Shown in pieces: positions 38,201 through 50,876 of a stretch of DNA of 64,000 nucleotides. Every line of letters starts with the position of its first letter. The stretch's first letter is position 1. Made by a program: the position numbers and the translations under genes. The DNA lies in the NCBI GenBank assembly GCA_040954595.2, contig CM082583.2, positions 12,810,987 through 12,874,986 on the forward strand, given 5' to 3'. Under the pieces are notes generated by a model that saw nothing but the letters and a program-made list of their open reading frames with translations, ran no database searches and was not told where the DNA came from. The stretch is from Balanoglossus misakiensis. Its lineage: Eukaryota; Animalia; Hemichordata.

Positions 38201-41200
38201 TATGGGAGCTTTCATTTTCACTAATAATAGTCATTTTGCTGAGCAGTCCCTGTCATCACTATCATCATCATTATTATCACCATCACCATCTTCTTCATTA
38301 ACTTAATGGACAAAACAAAATGAAAGACAATGTCATTGCTAACAATAGGTACATTATCTAAATGAAGAAAGTAAGACACATAAAGATATCATAAATTGAT
38401 AAAATTGAATCTAAAATAGAATATATGTAAAAAGTGAACAGTCCAAAATATGAGAAACATAAAAACAAACAATATAAACTTCAACCATAGGCTGTTGATG
38501 AAGCAAAGTTTTTGTTCACATTTCAATGTGAAAGGAGCCTTGGAAAGATGCTGCTCCTACTAGTGGGTTGTTTCAGTGCTGAGTGAAGCTGTGGAGTTCT
38601 GATCTTGGCATTCTTCTGTTCTGACCTTGGCATTGTACAGCCCTGACCTTGACACTGACATCCATCCGGTGTACCCCTATTCCCTCCTCTTGAACCACAG
38701 ACCCCGCAGCAGAGCATACAGCTGAGCACATCGTAATCCTCACTGCTTCATGTCACTAACATACTTAAGGTGTATGCAATTTCCAGTAATTGAATTCTAC
38801 CCAGTATGTATCATGTAGTGCACAGAGACATGACTGATCAAATCAGCTTAAGATGCCGGCTAGCGCTTGCCCCGAGCTCGTTTCCCACGGGACGCTGATC
38901 TCTGCATTTATTCTCATCTCGCTGTTGTTCCTGACATTACTGTTCAACATTCAAAAGTTCTTAGTTAAGTTTTAAGCGAACAGTTCATTATCTCTACACA
39001 TGACTGTTTCCAGACTTTTCTAGGATAGGTCCTTATCCTTACATACATGCATTTAGCTGCCAGTATGTGAGCATACATTACTTAATTCATATAAAAAACA
39101 CAGCTAAATTGCATTTTTCAATTAAGATAACGTCTGGTGTACACTCAGTCAAATGAAAACCTGGACCTACATAGTAGAAATTGGTTATTCTGTGGAAATT
39201 TGGGTCTATCCAACTATATGTACAGTACATGGTGAATTCTAAAGCAATTGTGTAATGGAACTGAGCGCAACACCAGCAGGTATCTTCACTCAACAGAGAA
39301 AAAATAATTTCGTTTTTTTTTCCAAAAAGGCCACCTGTGTACAGCCTATGCAATTTCTAGACGGCACCAAATATTGAACACGTAAATATTCCACAGGCAG
39401 CAATACTACTGGCGGCTTAGGTTCTATGGTCTCCACACGAATAACACACTCTCCATTGTCCAGATTAGATTAAATCTTCCCCCAGCATACAGATGCCTAC
39501 AATCTGCTGGATATGAAGCATCTCGATTCATGAGTACCTGGTGGCATTTTCATAAGCAGAATAGCTGATGCCTGGCGCTAACGACTCGCAACGGTATAGT
39601 TTTCAAGATATGGGTAAAAAACCCTGGGGAGGGAGTATGCTCTTACTGTTTCCATGTTATTGAAGTCGAACACGTTATGAAGTTGAATACATCTGTATGT
39701 GTGTGTCTTTGTTTGAAGATGAAGACTTGTTCAGTGTGAAGGATTCTGCAGATCTAATCAGGAACATTGAAAATTGTATTTTGTAGTAAATTGAAAAACT
39801 CCAACTGTTACAGGAGAAAATGTATCTGCATTAGAGTTCTGCATCGAAAATCTAAACCACTGCATTCAATTTCAGAAGAGTATTTTGTTTGTCTGCATTT
39901 TAACCTGCAGGCAAACCCGGTTCTCTGTATGGTTGTGTTATACTGCAAACATGAATCATTACGGTTGGGTGTCATCACACATATACATGTATTGATGATT
40001 TGGTGAGATACATGTTGCAAAAAAGAGTTTGTGATATTTTCACTGAAATCAAAGCCAGGCTGTGCTGAACTTTAAAGGTGAACAATCCTGTAGTCCATTT
40101 ATGCCAAAGACACCTGATGTGTTTTTCTCCATTTCTTGCATTACTGTCTTTGCGTATTGGTCATTCGATACTTGATAGGCTGACTACTCAGGTGTTCCTG
40201 TATCCTCTGATATTCCTTGAAATGTCATTCCTTGAAACCCCATATGCAGATTTGACCTCACCGCTGCCCTGTTTATAACTTGTTATTTTACACAAAATTA
40301 AAGAGGTTTTCCTCAATTTTTCTAAAATTTTGATCAGGACCTGTAAAATTATTTCCATTTGGTCCGAAATTAAGGGGAAAAAAGCATAGAATTTAGAAAT
40401 GAGAAAATGTTGCATCGTGGTTGCAGCAGGAAAATTGTGGGTTCAAAATAAAAAGTTTCACATTAGATCTCTTCAATTTAGCTAGTGGGGTTGTTGATGA
40501 AAAGGCAGTTGTTTTACTCGGGCAATGAAAGTTACCATAACCTTGTCAGTTGAGCTATAAAAATTTTTATCATGGAAATAAATGCTATGGCTGCAGTTAT
40601 ATGTGACTGCTAAAATTTGTTTGGCCCATTCACAGAGCAATTTGAATTCTCATCATTTTGGATTTTATGGTCTTTTCCTGTTTCCTTACACTTGTTTTGT
40701 TGCAATTAAACATAATGATATTAGTTTGATTTAGTGCAAAGTGTTTTAAAACTGATTAACTACAAAGTGGCTACACAGACATTAAATGAAGCCCTGAGGC
40801 GAGATATTATATGTGCCCATTCAGCAGTTTGTGGTGTTTTCATCAAAAATAATGATGATTGTATGTATCCAGCTCAACTGTTCGACATCGGGTGATGCAA
40901 AATTTACAGGAAGTGTTTGACAGTTATCCATCTCATTAGTTCAGTTAGTGGGATTTGAATGTAGACACAACTTCTCATTTTGGCGACATTTTTATTCTAA
41001 AAAAAGGGTTAGAAAAACTCAGAAAAGAAAGATCTTTGTGTATGCATTTAGAAGGCAAAATTACCCGCGGCTAACAAGGCATTAAGCACACATTGAAGAT
41101 CTTGCAATGCATCTCAGCTGGCTTTTCTAATAGGTAATGATGGAGGTGTACAATTCCCGTGAGTCCCCTATCTCTGGATCTGGGAAAAGTAACCCCCGAA

Positions 41201-44200
41201 GTGAGAAAAAGAACAAGGTGGAATATAGATCATTCCATGCATTAGAGATGAACTGTTGATTGAACTCAGAACCCTTCTTTTCTTGAGTCTTCTGTCAAGA
41301 CAGTTTTTTAGTTGTGATCTTTTTTGTGGTCCAGTCCACTGGATGGCTGCTACACTAATCTGAGAGCTTTAAAGGTCATTTTGTAAGGAAATCCTGATGT
41401 TTATTTCCCTTTTTTGTAGGGCGGTGAGAAGCTGCAAGATGCATACTACATATTCCAAGAATTGGCAGACAAGAACTCATCAACACCGCTGTTGTTGAAT
41501 GGTATGGCTTCAGCCTACATATGCCAGGCGAAATTTGATGAGGCTGAAGGTGTGTTGCAGGAGGCCATAGAAAAAGTGAGTTGAAATTGTTCAAAGTTGC
41601 AGTCCTTGGTGTGCAGAATGTGTTGGACTCACTGTGTAACGTATGTCTCCCAACTCAACATATTAAATATTGGATCAGCTGTCTTGAAAATGTCTACAGA
41701 AAAATAAAACTGGCAGTTGGTACATGTGTGGATATTCCACTCAACTATAGACGGACAGGTAGACCATGGTAGAGATAGACAGATAGAGATAGACAGATAG
41801 GAGAGACAGTTACAAAGAGTCTCTTGGTAGGCCAAAGACAAACTGACAGATGGCCACAGAGAGGTGGACTTGACAGATAAAGAGAGAAACATCAAGACAG
41901 ACACTGTGAGTGATAGAAACATTAAGCTGGGTAAGGTAATTGAAGCTATTATTAGCCTTTGCTTTGGTACAGACAAAGTCGTCAAGCAACTAGGTGTCTA
42001 GAGGCTTCAATGTACAACTTGTCTGTTGCTTGACATTCAGATGCAGACAGCCGAGCCCTGGCCATTGATTCCTGTGCCCTCTGTCAAGACTAAACCCCGT
42101 GCACATCAAATGTTAATTAGCAGGGCCTGCTTACCCCTATTCTGTGATTGAGACAAATTGATGACTACATCAGACCAGAGAGAGAGAGAGAGTTATTGAG
42201 TGTTCATCATTTTGAATAAAGTCGTTGCTAGAAGCTTCAAGCTGATTGCTTCACGGATGGCCCTTGCCCAATGCTGTGAACGAGGAGTAAAGCTCCACTT
42301 GACATTTGCGTGTCTCCGTTGCGTGGTGCGTACATTTGTGTCAAGTGTCGCCACTCGAGAGAGAACTGCAGGGTGGCCTTGCACAACTCTGATGTCAGTC
42401 TAGGTGTTACTGGTGAACTTTTCATTTCAGAGTTGACACGTCTATGAAACACAAAGAACATACAGAGCTATATGAGAGGCCACCTCCTGTCTAGAGAGAC
42501 CTGCCATCTCACCTACGGAAGTGTGTTTTGTCTTTCAAGTTAGATTAAATTTGTAGAAATGATTACTTACCGTTGATAGCTTACTACTTGTTAAAACACT
42601 AAGATGTGTAGCAGTCTATGTATACACAGCACAGGTGCTAATGTTCGACCATTGGGAGTGCTTGTATTTGTAGAAGGAAAAGGTTACTTGGTTGAAAAGA
42701 AAATTGTTTTAACAGATTTTGATCGGCAAGAGGTAGAGAACTGCACCGAATGTGATGAAATGTAGATATTTGGACTGACATTTTGCAGTTTTTTGTCAAT
42801 AACCTACAAAGCTACATGTTTAATGAATTTTTAGAGTACATGTAAGGATGTATTCCAGGGATTTTGTTCAAGAAAAGTGCGCAGAAAACTCAAAAAGTAC
42901 ATTTGCTGTACAAGGCCATACGTGTGTAGCCCGGAGGTTGTCGCAATCCGTCCGTGATTTTGCTTCAGTTTTCATGTTGTTTGTGGCCAAGGCCTAATGA
43001 TACAAGTACAGTCTCTTACATCCTGGTAGCATCTTGTTATTTTTGACAATTACACACTCTGATTGCAGTCATTTCCCCCCAGGCGATGTTTTTCTTCTTT
43101 CCACTGGGAAGTTGAAGAGAGTTGGCGCCATGGGGAGGGGGTAAAAGCTGCTAACTGAAGTTTCCACCTTCAATGACCCGCAAATGGTTATCAGCGAAAC
43201 ACACGCTTCTGAAAACGAGCTGATGAGTTGTCATTTGAAGCCAAATATTATTCTTAAACAGGAAGGACGCAGATCTATGCAGTTCAAATTTCGGATAATA
43301 CCCTTTGCGGAATAATCGGTTTACGTATAGAAATACACTGTACATGCAGATTGTCTGCTACAAGCTCCTCTTCTGCAGATTAATTTGTTCAACCCTGTTT
43401 GTCAAATCATGCTTCCTTTTCATGAGGTTAGCCCCCCCCCCCTCCTGTAGATTCCAATAAGCAATTGAAACCCACTTCATTTTCCTGTTAAACTTTCCAA
43501 TCCCATTGTGGAAGTAAACAGGGAAAAGACATGTCGTGCCACAGTCTACAGTGGCCAGTGCCAGCGAACTCATGTAACATGGATGCTGTGGTTATATTTT
43601 GTGCCGGTGGCTTCGATTAGGTTTTCAGAAAAAGACGTCCATGAATGTTTTCCATCCGTGTTAACTTTTGAGGCACGTCTGTGCAAAATATAATCAGTAT
43701 ATCCGCCCGCAGACAAGGTTTCATTTCATTCAATCTGAAAGATACAAAGAGATGAGAGTGAAACCCATAGTGTGATGTGCGCATACAATCTTGATGATAT
43801 ATCCTGTTTCTTCACTGTGACTTTGCCGGTTGGCCACTGCAATATTCCAATCCCTTTAACCCTTTCTCCACCATGGTTCAGTCCAAACCCATTGTTTTCT
43901 ATAGTACAGCTGGATGTCTATAGAAGGAAATGGGGGTGAACAATTCTCTCTGGTTTGCAGATGCCATGGAGACCGTCAAGTGACATTGTCTTCTGTCTGA
44001 TTTTTCCCCCAGGATTCCAACAACCCTGAAACTCTTGTCAATATGATCGTCTTATCGCAGCATCTGGGAAAAGCACCAGAGGTAAGCTATAGTTTAGTGT
44101 GACGGCGACAAGGACTGTGTGTGTACATGTTTGGTACAGACGAGTGTCTGTTTTCTTGCAGTAGGTTGGTGTGTGTTGCGATGAATAATTGAACCCCAAA

Positions 44201-47200
44201 TCCCAGGATTGACTGACTGCTTATCTTTGAATTAGTGGGAAAGTAGTGAAAATTTAATGGCATGTGCTTTCCTTTGATACCACAATGGCCTTTAAGTTTT
44301 TGAAGCCACCTCACTTTCTGTCAATCCCTTGTGAAGGAAATGATGATGTTGTCTGGGTTTTAAATCTGGATAATAGGAACAGTAGAAATTGTTATCTCCC
44401 GGAAAATTTTCTTCCCCTGCGTCTGTATGTACATGTTACCGGTAGTATAGGTCATCCTCAGTCGACATACAGGTTGAGAGGAGTGTGTTGCCTAGTGCAA
44501 ATCTTGTTATAAATGATGTAACTCTCCTTAAACCTGATTATTGAGACCCTGTGGCTGGGCGAGATTACATCCTGCAATTAGAAAAAAAATCAATTTGAAA
44601 GAATGTTTGCCTTCAGGTGGACATATCAACAACCAGAATGCACCCGATACAGGCAACAGACAGTTTCAGGCGTATTTTTACCAGATGAATTCAACATTAT
44701 TGATAAATTAAGTTGATCACAAGATGTCTTTCCGAAAACAGTTAATTTCATTTTCTACTCCATACAAGCTGTCATGGAATATAACCCAAAATACCAACTA
44801 CCAGTAATTTCACGGAACAATTGGACTTTGATAGACTTCTGGTCCAGCCCTTCTTGTTTGCAGGAGATCTTCACTAAAAATCACACAATAGCTTTTCTGT
44901 CACACATAATATTACTTCATTAGAGTTTAAACCTCTTGAAACCGGGTAAAAATGGTCGAACGTCAGTAGATACCCCGACAACCAGTGTAGAATGCGCTCA
45001 GAGTCACTCTGTGCAAGGAAAGCATCTGCCGTGTCCCCAGGCTAGTCTAGTTAATGGAAAACAGAGACAATCCATTACTACCAAGGAGTTTCCTCTGACC
45101 TATGTAAATTACCACAAGGGTTCACGAAAGTTCATCCTTGTCTTTCGAGAACACAGGAGTGCCGACTTCTACTTCTGAAATATCCATAGAATGAACTATG
45201 CGGTACACTGACTAGAATGTTTGAAACCGGATAATTTGCACATAGAATATGGCGTCACCAGTCCCACATACCAAGCTACCTTAAACACATTGTGCGAGCT
45301 AACAGCAAAAACATCCAGGCGCTTTCTATCAAGATCTGCAGCAAGGTAGAAATAGTATCAAGCAGAACCATACGTCAGCCCTGATAAAATGGGGGCAGAC
45401 ATATGCAGAATATTGCGTCTGATGGCACAGATAAGAGTGTCCAGATGTTATCTGCCGCACTCTGTATTCCGTGGCATTTGCGGCGATGTATTCAACGCCC
45501 ACAGCGGTATTCACATTTGATCCGCCCCATAAAAAAACATCATGGCTGGCAATGGATTGTGCTGTGCGATTAATTACATTCCCGTGGAAGATTACAGCTG
45601 AAGCGTGAATCTGCTTTGGCTTGAGGTTCTGCAAATAAAATGGAAATGGAGTGTTGTCTTTTACTGATGGAAACGCACAGTTCTCTCTGTGGCACTGATT
45701 AGATTTTGCGTGTGTGTGTTCTGTTATTGAACTGTCAAAATATATGCATAAGCATCGGTCTGGAGATGAATTTCAATCAGGGGCATTGCGGGTCGATGGT
45801 TTCATGAATAAACAATGTGAAAACACCACCACTCATGACACTGCAGCACGTAACATCAACCTCACAAACATTGAGAACACAACATTGATGATTGATCAGC
45901 AGAGTTAATTCGTGCGTCGTGACTTAACGGGTCCTGTCGGCCGACGATTGCAGCGGTTTTGATAGCCTAGGGTCACCGTCCTTTCATTGACTGCACGTTC
46001 ACTGTTCGCAGTTTTGCTACTGGATACCGGTAAATAAATCCATGGGGATTTTTTCCTTTCCTGCCTGATGCCAGCTAATTACTTGAATGGCTGGCATCAT
46101 TAACAGAATTGCGAGTTAAAATAGTTGTTGTGATACTGGACAAATGAAGTCGTATGGTCTGTCCCTCTCTTCAGACCGACATGCTTGCTCAAGTCCTCCA
46201 CCTCTTTTTTTGTAATGTTTACAAGAAGTACAGACACTGATACGATTTTCTGGATCACTCGCTTCCCCATCCATCACAGTCAACAACAATCCTGCTTTCA
46301 AACGAGTGAACGATGATTGATTTCCTGAAGAAAACACACAAATCCGTCATGAAGTAACTTTGGCATTTTTTCAAGAAAAAAGGTCATGCTTGGATAAAAA
46401 TAAAAGGCATCACATCCGGAATACATAAATCTCTGTCGGCTGTAGTGCCTTACTTTCCAAGAAAAGCTTGTTTACATCTTTGTGTATAGAGTACGTCCAA
46501 AGCCCAAGGGATTATTGTCCCCCTTTTAACATTGTTGAGGAAATGAGGTCCACAGTAGAGCCACTGATATTTTGTATCCGATATGATGTGTTTTGGGTTG
46601 GACAGTGCATAATTACATATAATCCCATGATATCTTTCTTTGTTTGACGTCATCGTATACGAGTGGTTTTCGCGGAGCAGTGCAAACTTCGAGCCGCAGG
46701 CGAGAAGTTGTATGCTTCCGCGAAAACCACAAGTATACGATGACGTTAAACAAAGAAAGATATCATGGGATTATATATTTATCACATGAACAGTCTTTCT
46801 TATTTTTCGTTAGAAGAGGCAGGACTTAAAAAAATTCAGTACCTTACAACAATTTTGGAGCGGTGTCGTATTTTACTGAGCGGGATTATTTCCCCCAGGA
46901 GATATATGTTGGGAGATTTTATGAATGATCAGCGATAGTTCATCATTTGCATATACGCAAATGATGAACTATCGCTGATCATTCATAAAATCTCCCAACA
47001 AGTCGTCCCGTTGAGTTCCGTTCGCTCGAAGTTCAGCCTTACACAAATGTAATCGATTCTCTAACAATTTTACTGCAACCTGTTGCCACGTCTTATACAT
47101 TTCGTTGACCGTCGTCACGCTGAACTGGCTCAAAACAATTCCCCACGCTGATTCGACTTGGAACGTATCAGACTTGGCTATGTACCTGACCCAAAACTTT

Positions 47201-48368
47201 GACAGCCACGATCGTCTATGATCGTTGCGTCAACTGTCTTCTTTCCAAATTCCACCTTTCTGTTTTGAGCTTACAAAGCGATATTGTCATGGAACCGTCG
47301 TTTTTTTATTTCATTTCTGTATTGTAAATGCCGCTACACGTACTGTTTCTGTTTGACAACAAAGCTTCGGCGAATCGGTGGAAATAGTTCCGGTTGATGA
47401 CGTAACACAGGGGTGATCTGGATTTTTGATCTGTCCTGGTCTACGTCACACAGGTGGTGATCAGGGCCAGTTCATGTGATAATGCATTTTAATAATATTG
47501 TTGATAATGAATATGAATGTGAAAAGCAGATGGTTTGTCGGATTAAGTGCCCTGGGTGTGATTTTCTGGCGTATTTCGTTGGACGAAGGTCATCAGCTTT
47601 GAAGTGATCTCGCTTTTGGAGACAAGACTGTCACCGAAAGAGGTTGATCATCATCATCATCATATATACAATTATTATACGATTGATTACCCCCGGTACT
47701 CGTTCCCTGTGATAGACCATCTTGACGCACAATCTCAGCCCAATGGACTGTTCTACATTCGTTGACAACTGGAACACTGTCCTTGAATGCCTACAATGTG
47801 GTCCAAATTCACAGTTTAATTTGATGTCCCTATGGATGCTACTTGGTGAATGCACGCCCCATGCAAATAATGACAAAATCTCTTGTCAATTACCGGCCTG
47901 ATTGCACAAGGATAATATGACAAGTCATTCAAATTGGGGAACCCTATTCCGTCTGTGTTCTGGGTCAGGATGTGACAGTTATGATCAACCAATCAGGGGC
48001 ATAGCTTCTTGAAGTTGAAATTGAGAACAAAACTTTAATTGATGTCATCTTGTCCACCACCACCACATGACAAAACCAAGAACTCCATTATGATTACTTG
48101 CAGGTCAGTAACCGCTATGTGTCTCAGCTAAAAGATGCTCACAACAGTCATCCATTTATCAAAGATTACCTAGCTAAGGTAAGTTGTTATCAAATCACTT
48201 ACGTACTCCACTCAGTCAGGTGGTTCTCAGATGTTACATTAAGATGTGTGTGGCCTTTATTTATACAGGTTTTGATAACTGAAATCTACATGTATATATT
48301 TATTTTCTCTCATTTTTTTGCAGGAAAATGAATTTGATCGGCTTGCAAGACAGTATGTGTCGTCATAA
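31601..48368 (+). CDS. COPE: Coatomer subunit epsilon, 298 aa
   Basis: Exons 31601-31699, 33392-33454, 33574-33674, 34163-34265, 35483-35532, 36814-36867, 37203-37284, 41420-41575, 44013-44081, 48104-48178, 48324-48368; 897 nt, in frame. Motifs [89 protein letters not shown] at ~48658. Confidence 0.95.
32067..32212. repeat. Inverted microsatellite pair (ATG)~8 and (ATC)~31
   Basis: (ATG)n at 32067-32090 and (ATC)n at 32118-32212, read directly. Confidence 0.9.
32649..33331. mobile_element. Non-autonomous DNA transposon with long imperfect TIRs, Kolobok-like (TTAA flanks)
   Basis: ttaa|aaggacaaagtctctctc...gagagactttgtccct|ttaa. About 200 bp of inverted homology, e.g. gagagtaaaaatcttgccaaaatgaataaatggtaaacac versus gtgtttaccatttattcattttggcgagatttttactctc. 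The superfamily is inferred from TTAA plus RR..YY ends. Confidence 0.75.
43856..43940. mobile_element. piggyBac-like MITE fragment, same family as 12191-12257
   Basis: ttaacccttttctccaccatggttcagtccaaacccattgttttctat is the reverse-complement relative of 12211-12257. Confidence 0.45.
46617..47482. mobile_element. Unclassified non-autonomous element with a terminal hairpin, asymmetric inverted repeats and an internal palindrome (COPE intron 9)
   Basis: Hairpin 46617-46776; inverted pair ttatcacatgaac (46779-46791) and gttcatgtgataa (47470-47482); 94-bp palindrome 46907-47000. Confidence 0.65.
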
Positions 48369-50370
48369 GATGTTATGTGGGCATTTTCTGTTCTTCATGA
48401 GTTTACATGTTAGTGGGTTGGGGATATTTTCGTGGGTCATACAGATACGTCCGATTAGACATTTTGCCCAAACCTAGACAGTCTCCAGAAACCCACTTTA
48501 GCATATGTTTTGAAATTTTCCTCTCAGCAGTTAAAATGTGATAGTTTCCTTCTCTCGACTACAAGACCATGTTTAGATAAAAACTCTGGTATCCTACACT
48601 GCTATTCATCATCAGGCACGAGTTTTTAATTTATTTTTGAGTATCTCTTTAAATGAAAATAAAGTTATCATTTTCAGATGGGATCGGGAATTGGGGAGTC
48701 TGTCATAAAACTGTAATTGTGCGAGGAGGGGCGTAGGGAGCGGTTGTACTGTAATATCGCAACTTGGTTCCATCCTGTCCAGACTGTAGAGACATGGAAA
48801 TCTTGCTCATTTCGGTTAATGTCACGTCAGATATCTCTTCTGATGTTATTAGAGGAAATGGGGGTCACCGTGGCAATCTGCAGACACATCCGTCATGTAT
48901 GAATAATTGATACAAATGTTCCAATTGCAAATAAAGTCATTTAACACTTGACTTCGGTCTCTGATTTTGTAAACACCGCTTTCTGCTGCAGGGTTTGTAA
49001 TTGATTGAATTGTGCCGCGCCGACCCTTGTGTCTGTCTGCGATCCTATGCTTGCATTTGTGCGAATCATAATCATCAGCTCTTTGAAAACATTAGTCATT
49101 TGTGTCATTTGTTTATGGGTATTTGTTTTGCCCCATATTTCCAATTTATAATGTAATGACACATAACCTTCCCAACACTTGAGTGGTTCATATTATTTTT
49201 TATCGGTCTTTCCAACTGAGATCACTGATATCATTTCTTACAGATGGTGAAATCAGATGATAAACTGGGCAATATCACACTCTTGCATCTTCTTATTCGT
49301 GCGTTCACTTGTTCTCCTTCAAGCAGACACTTTGCACAACATCTCCTTGACCTTGCCTATATAGCATTTATAGATCTCTATGATTTGTACACCATAACGT
49401 GATAATCATCTCCATTATTGTAGGCATGCGCAAATTGCAGGTAATTCAATTTCTCACTCTGCAGGATTTCCGATAAGACATGTCTGTCCACCTTGACATT
49501 TTTAAAAGCGCCTGACTTCAGAAACGCTCATATATAGTTACACTTATTTAACCGGTCTTTTGAAAGAGATTGGGCATTGTGACTGTTAATAGCTATTGAA
49601 AGATCTATAACCAAATTATGCATTCATGCTTTGTGTGGTCTCAGTCTTCCGATGGCCTTGAACGACAGAAACTGCATGCATACGTGATATAAACAACCAC
49701 AATATTCTGTTCAATAACGACAACTAAGATAATCGCACTTTTTACCAAAACCACCTCGTCCGAAAAAAACAGCTTTCTACCGATGTACATAATGTGCTAT
49801 GGCAGCCTTATGACGTTAGCCAGTACATAACATGAAATCCAACACCTTGCGGTAATAGTATATCCAGCATCCGACATGCTCAAAAGTCAATGACTGCCAA
49901 TTATCCTAGGCTATAGGTGCTAAAAACAGGAAGAAGATTGATGTCAACACGCTCCAGTGTAACGCCGTTTCCAAGACGTGGTCGCTGTATCTGGTGATTA
50001 CGGGAATGATTCTAAAGTTTACGAATGCCCATGCAGAAGTTGGGATTCACTGATTACTGAAGAATTACTCCATCCGTGAGTCCAGCAATCTTAAAGGCTT
50101 ATCAGATAAGCTACAATTTGACGCGTAATACGGTAGAGATAATACATCAATGTCTATAGGGAGCAAAGGTGTCTGAGACCTCACCGGTATGCATGATACA
50201 GCCGTCTCCGGAGAGGTTACACTATTCTCCTTTGGATTGATCTCTCCGTTGCACCGGAGACAAATTTGCCCAGAATGGTGGCACTTTTTTGTCGTTTTAT
50301 AAGCGCCTAAAATTGGATCGGCGCTTGAAGTGTTTGCCACAAGCACCTTTCTGACACGTACTCGACATAT

Positions 50371-50451
<81 letters not shown>
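50371..50451. repeat. (ATC)~27 microsatellite
   Basis: Pure ATC run, read directly. Confidence 0.95.
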
Positions 50452-50862
50452 TATATATAGTGTTTTCAAAGGCTACCCATAAACCCGATGTAATTGGATG
50501 TCTGGGGTATCGTCGTCGACAACGTTCACCGTCCGCTGTGTCCTCCGTCTTCCGGAGGACATTCGACTGGATCCCGTGCGGGAAATACGGCGTCTGATTT
50601 GGACGATTGTCGACACTTGAAATGCACGTAACATGGCAAGATTGGCTGCGAGATACGTTTAATGAAGAAAGATAAACCGCGAGTCGTGACCACCACAACG
50701 TTAACTTTATTAGAAAATTCCGGCGGTAGAGCGGTACTAGAGTTTCGCGAGCTCGATGACATTCCCTTTTCTCCTTCCTGTCAGTTGTGCCCGAGGTAGA
50801 CATAGCGCAAATTAAACAGCGGCGAAGACAAGTCTGTTCCAGATACTTCATCGGGCGGTGCA

Positions 50863-50876
50863 GTTTCTATAGCAAC
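50863..50876. promoter_or_regulatory. RFX X-box with adjacent GC box, not next to an identified gene start
   Basis: gtttctatagcaac fits GTYNCY-AT-RGNAAC, preceded by gggcggtg, within a CpG-rich patch (~50500-50960). Confidence 0.45.

Noticed and set aside
50065-50469. Poly-Asp protein
   Set aside because: The Asp run is the (ATC)n microsatellite read on the minus strand and the start is TTG. Kept only as part of a speculative finding.
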